The notes under the pieces were generated by a model, which saw only the letters and a program-made list of their open reading frames with translations, was not told the origin of the DNA and did not search any database. DNA of 64,000 nt from Azolla caroliniana (lineage: Eukaryota > Plantae > Polypodiophyta). The translations under genes and the position numbers were made by a program. This document shows positions 62,486-64,000 of the stretch, in pieces. Position 1 is the first letter of the stretch. Each line of letters begins with the position of its first letter. The stretch is taken from the NCBI GenBank assembly GCA_043228905.1, contig JBHGNT010000005.1, forward strand, positions 7,440,001 to 7,504,000, read 5' to 3'.

Positions 62486-64000
62486 TTATATTGCCATTAC
62501 CTCATGCATGTTTGTTTCCACTTGCATTGGAAGATCAGCACAGATGTTAGACATATATACATAAGAAGATGGGTTTTTCTCATCCAAACACAATGCATGT
62601 TCAAATGCATGTCTTCCCTGGTCTACATCACCCCATTTCCGGCATGCTGCTAAGACAGTATGCCATTGCACGATACCAGGACAAAATGGCATCCTCATAA
62701 TCATCGCTATTGCTTTTTCAATATGCCCTGCACGGCCAAGGAGATCAACCATACATGTGTAGTGGTCAAGAGAAGGCATCAAACCAGAGTCACCGATCAG
62801 GTCAAAAAATATCTGCCCCATATCTATTAGGCCAGCATGACTACATGCATTGAGAAGACTAATAAATGTGACCGAATCTAGATTGAACCCTTCTTCTAAC
62901 ATTTTGATGAGAACTTGGAACACATTTTCACTTTCACCAATCTGTGCATATCCAGCCACCAAAGCATTCCAAGAGATTCCATCCCGGGATTCCAGCCCAT
63001 CAAAAATCTTCCGAGCTTCTGGAAGTAAGCCACATTTAGCATACATATCAATCAAAGCATTGCTAATAGGAAGTTCTCTTTCCAACCCCCTTTTGGTACA
63101 TGCACAATGTACTTCGTACCCTGTATCTAAACCTCCAATGTTTCCACAAGCCTTCATGCTGCTAATAAAGGTGACAACATTGAAAAGAACTTCTTTTTGC
63201 TGCATTTCCTTGAAATAGCAAAGTATATCTTCGCTGCACCCATGCTCAGCATGCCCAGCTATAAGTGCATTCCAAGAGACAATATCTTGAACAAGAAGTT
63301 CATCAAACACCTGTTGTGCTTCTTCAAGCAATCCACATTTAGCATAAATATCTACAAGTACATTTCCGACAAGCAGTTCTCTCTCAAATCCTTTTTTGAC
63401 AATTTCAGCATGACCCTCAGAAGTTCCCGTCTTGCCACAAGCTTTTAAGCTGCATGCTAGTGTCAAAGCATCAGGAGACACACCCTCTTTACGCATCCGT
63501 CTAAGAATGTTGAGTGCCTCTGCACAATGGCCATGTTCCACATATCCTCCAATCAGTGCATTCCAAGCTACTATTGTTCGAGTCAGAAGTCCATTGAAAA
63601 CCTCCTGAGCTTCTATAAGATAGTTGCATTTAGCATACATATCAACTAAAGTGCTACCTATATACGCTTCTCCTTCTAAACCTTTCTTCGAAATTTCTAA
63701 ATGGATTTCTTGGCCCTTAGCTTCAGCACCTAAGCTACCACACATTTTCAAACTGCAAAGGTAAGTGACAACATTCAAAGGCATTCTCTCATCCTGCATC
63801 ATCTGCTCAAGAAAATTAAATCCCTTCTCAACATATCCATGTTCCAAAAACCCTGTCATGAGTGTAGTCCATGAGACCACATTTCGAACAGAAAGTTTCT
63901 CAAAAACTTCCTCAGCCATGGCAAGCAAGCCACACTTAGCATACATATCAATCAACATGTTAGCAATAAGAAGATCCATTTCATACCCGCTACAAACAGC
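62486..64000 (-). CDS. PLS-class pentatricopeptide repeat protein with E domain (organellar RNA-editing factor type); 5' end outside window
   Basis: Repeated L.DMYAKCG...A..VF / VSWNALI.GY / FISLLNACSHAG; HYTCMVDLLGRAG; E motif ending SSYVYMSNI, no DYW. Confidence 0.95.
   Translation of the reverse strand, partial: AVCSGYEMDLLIANMLIDMYAKCGLLAMAEEVFEKLSVRNVVSWTTLMTGFLEHGYVEKGFNFLEQMMQDERMPLNVVTYLCSLKMCGSLGAEAKGQEIHLEISKKGLEGEAYIGSTLVDMYAKCNYLIEAQEVFNGLLTRTIVAWNALIGGYVEHGHCAEALNILRRMRKEGVSPDALTLACSLKACGKTGTSEGHAEIVKKGFERELLVGNVLVDIYAKCGLLEEAQQVFDELLVQDIVSWNALIAGHAEHGCSEDILCYFKEMQQKEVLFNVVTFISSMKACGNIGGLDTGYEVHCACTKRGLERELPISNALIDMYAKCGLLPEARKIFDGLESRDGISWNALVAGYAQIGESENVFQVLIKMLEEGFNLDSVTFISLLNACSHAGLIDMGQIFFDLIGDSGLMPSLDHYTCMVDLLGRAGHIEKAIAMIMRMPFCPGIVQWHTVLAACRKWGDVDQGRHAFEHALCLDEKNPSSYVYMSNICADLPMQVETNMHEVMAI

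Overview
Eukaryotic plant nuclear DNA, probably a fern or other seed-free vascular plant (inferred from the RTE-X LINE, the tRNA-Trp-primed Gypsy and the PLS-class PPR gene). Bases 1-49,000 are a dense transposon stack: Copia remnants, a hAT MITE, two RTE-X-like LINEs, solo LTRs and a TSD-verified nest at 13.9-38.0 kb. The nest runs: split ORF > chromovirus Gypsy > fold-back mini-element > tRNA-Trp Gypsy > Copia A > young intact Copia B. Bases 49,500-64,000 hold four host genes: a DOMON/cytochrome b561 protein, a 12-exon palmitoyl-protein thioesterase, a BT1 folate-biopterin transporter and a PLS-class PPR. The most unusual object is a 3.0-kb LTR element (3447-6488). It has direct LTRs, no gag/pol and no polypurine tract, but carries an outward-facing tRNA-Arg primer-binding site next to each LTR, around one long coiled-coil reading frame. 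This suggests tRNA priming of both DNA strands. Also notable are a LINE whose ORF1 and ORF2 are in frame, separated by one TAG with no AUG start for ORF2, and a ~146-bp element built from two inverted LTR left ends. All calls were made by eye with no database searches; tRNA matches use plant tRNA 3' ends recalled from memory.
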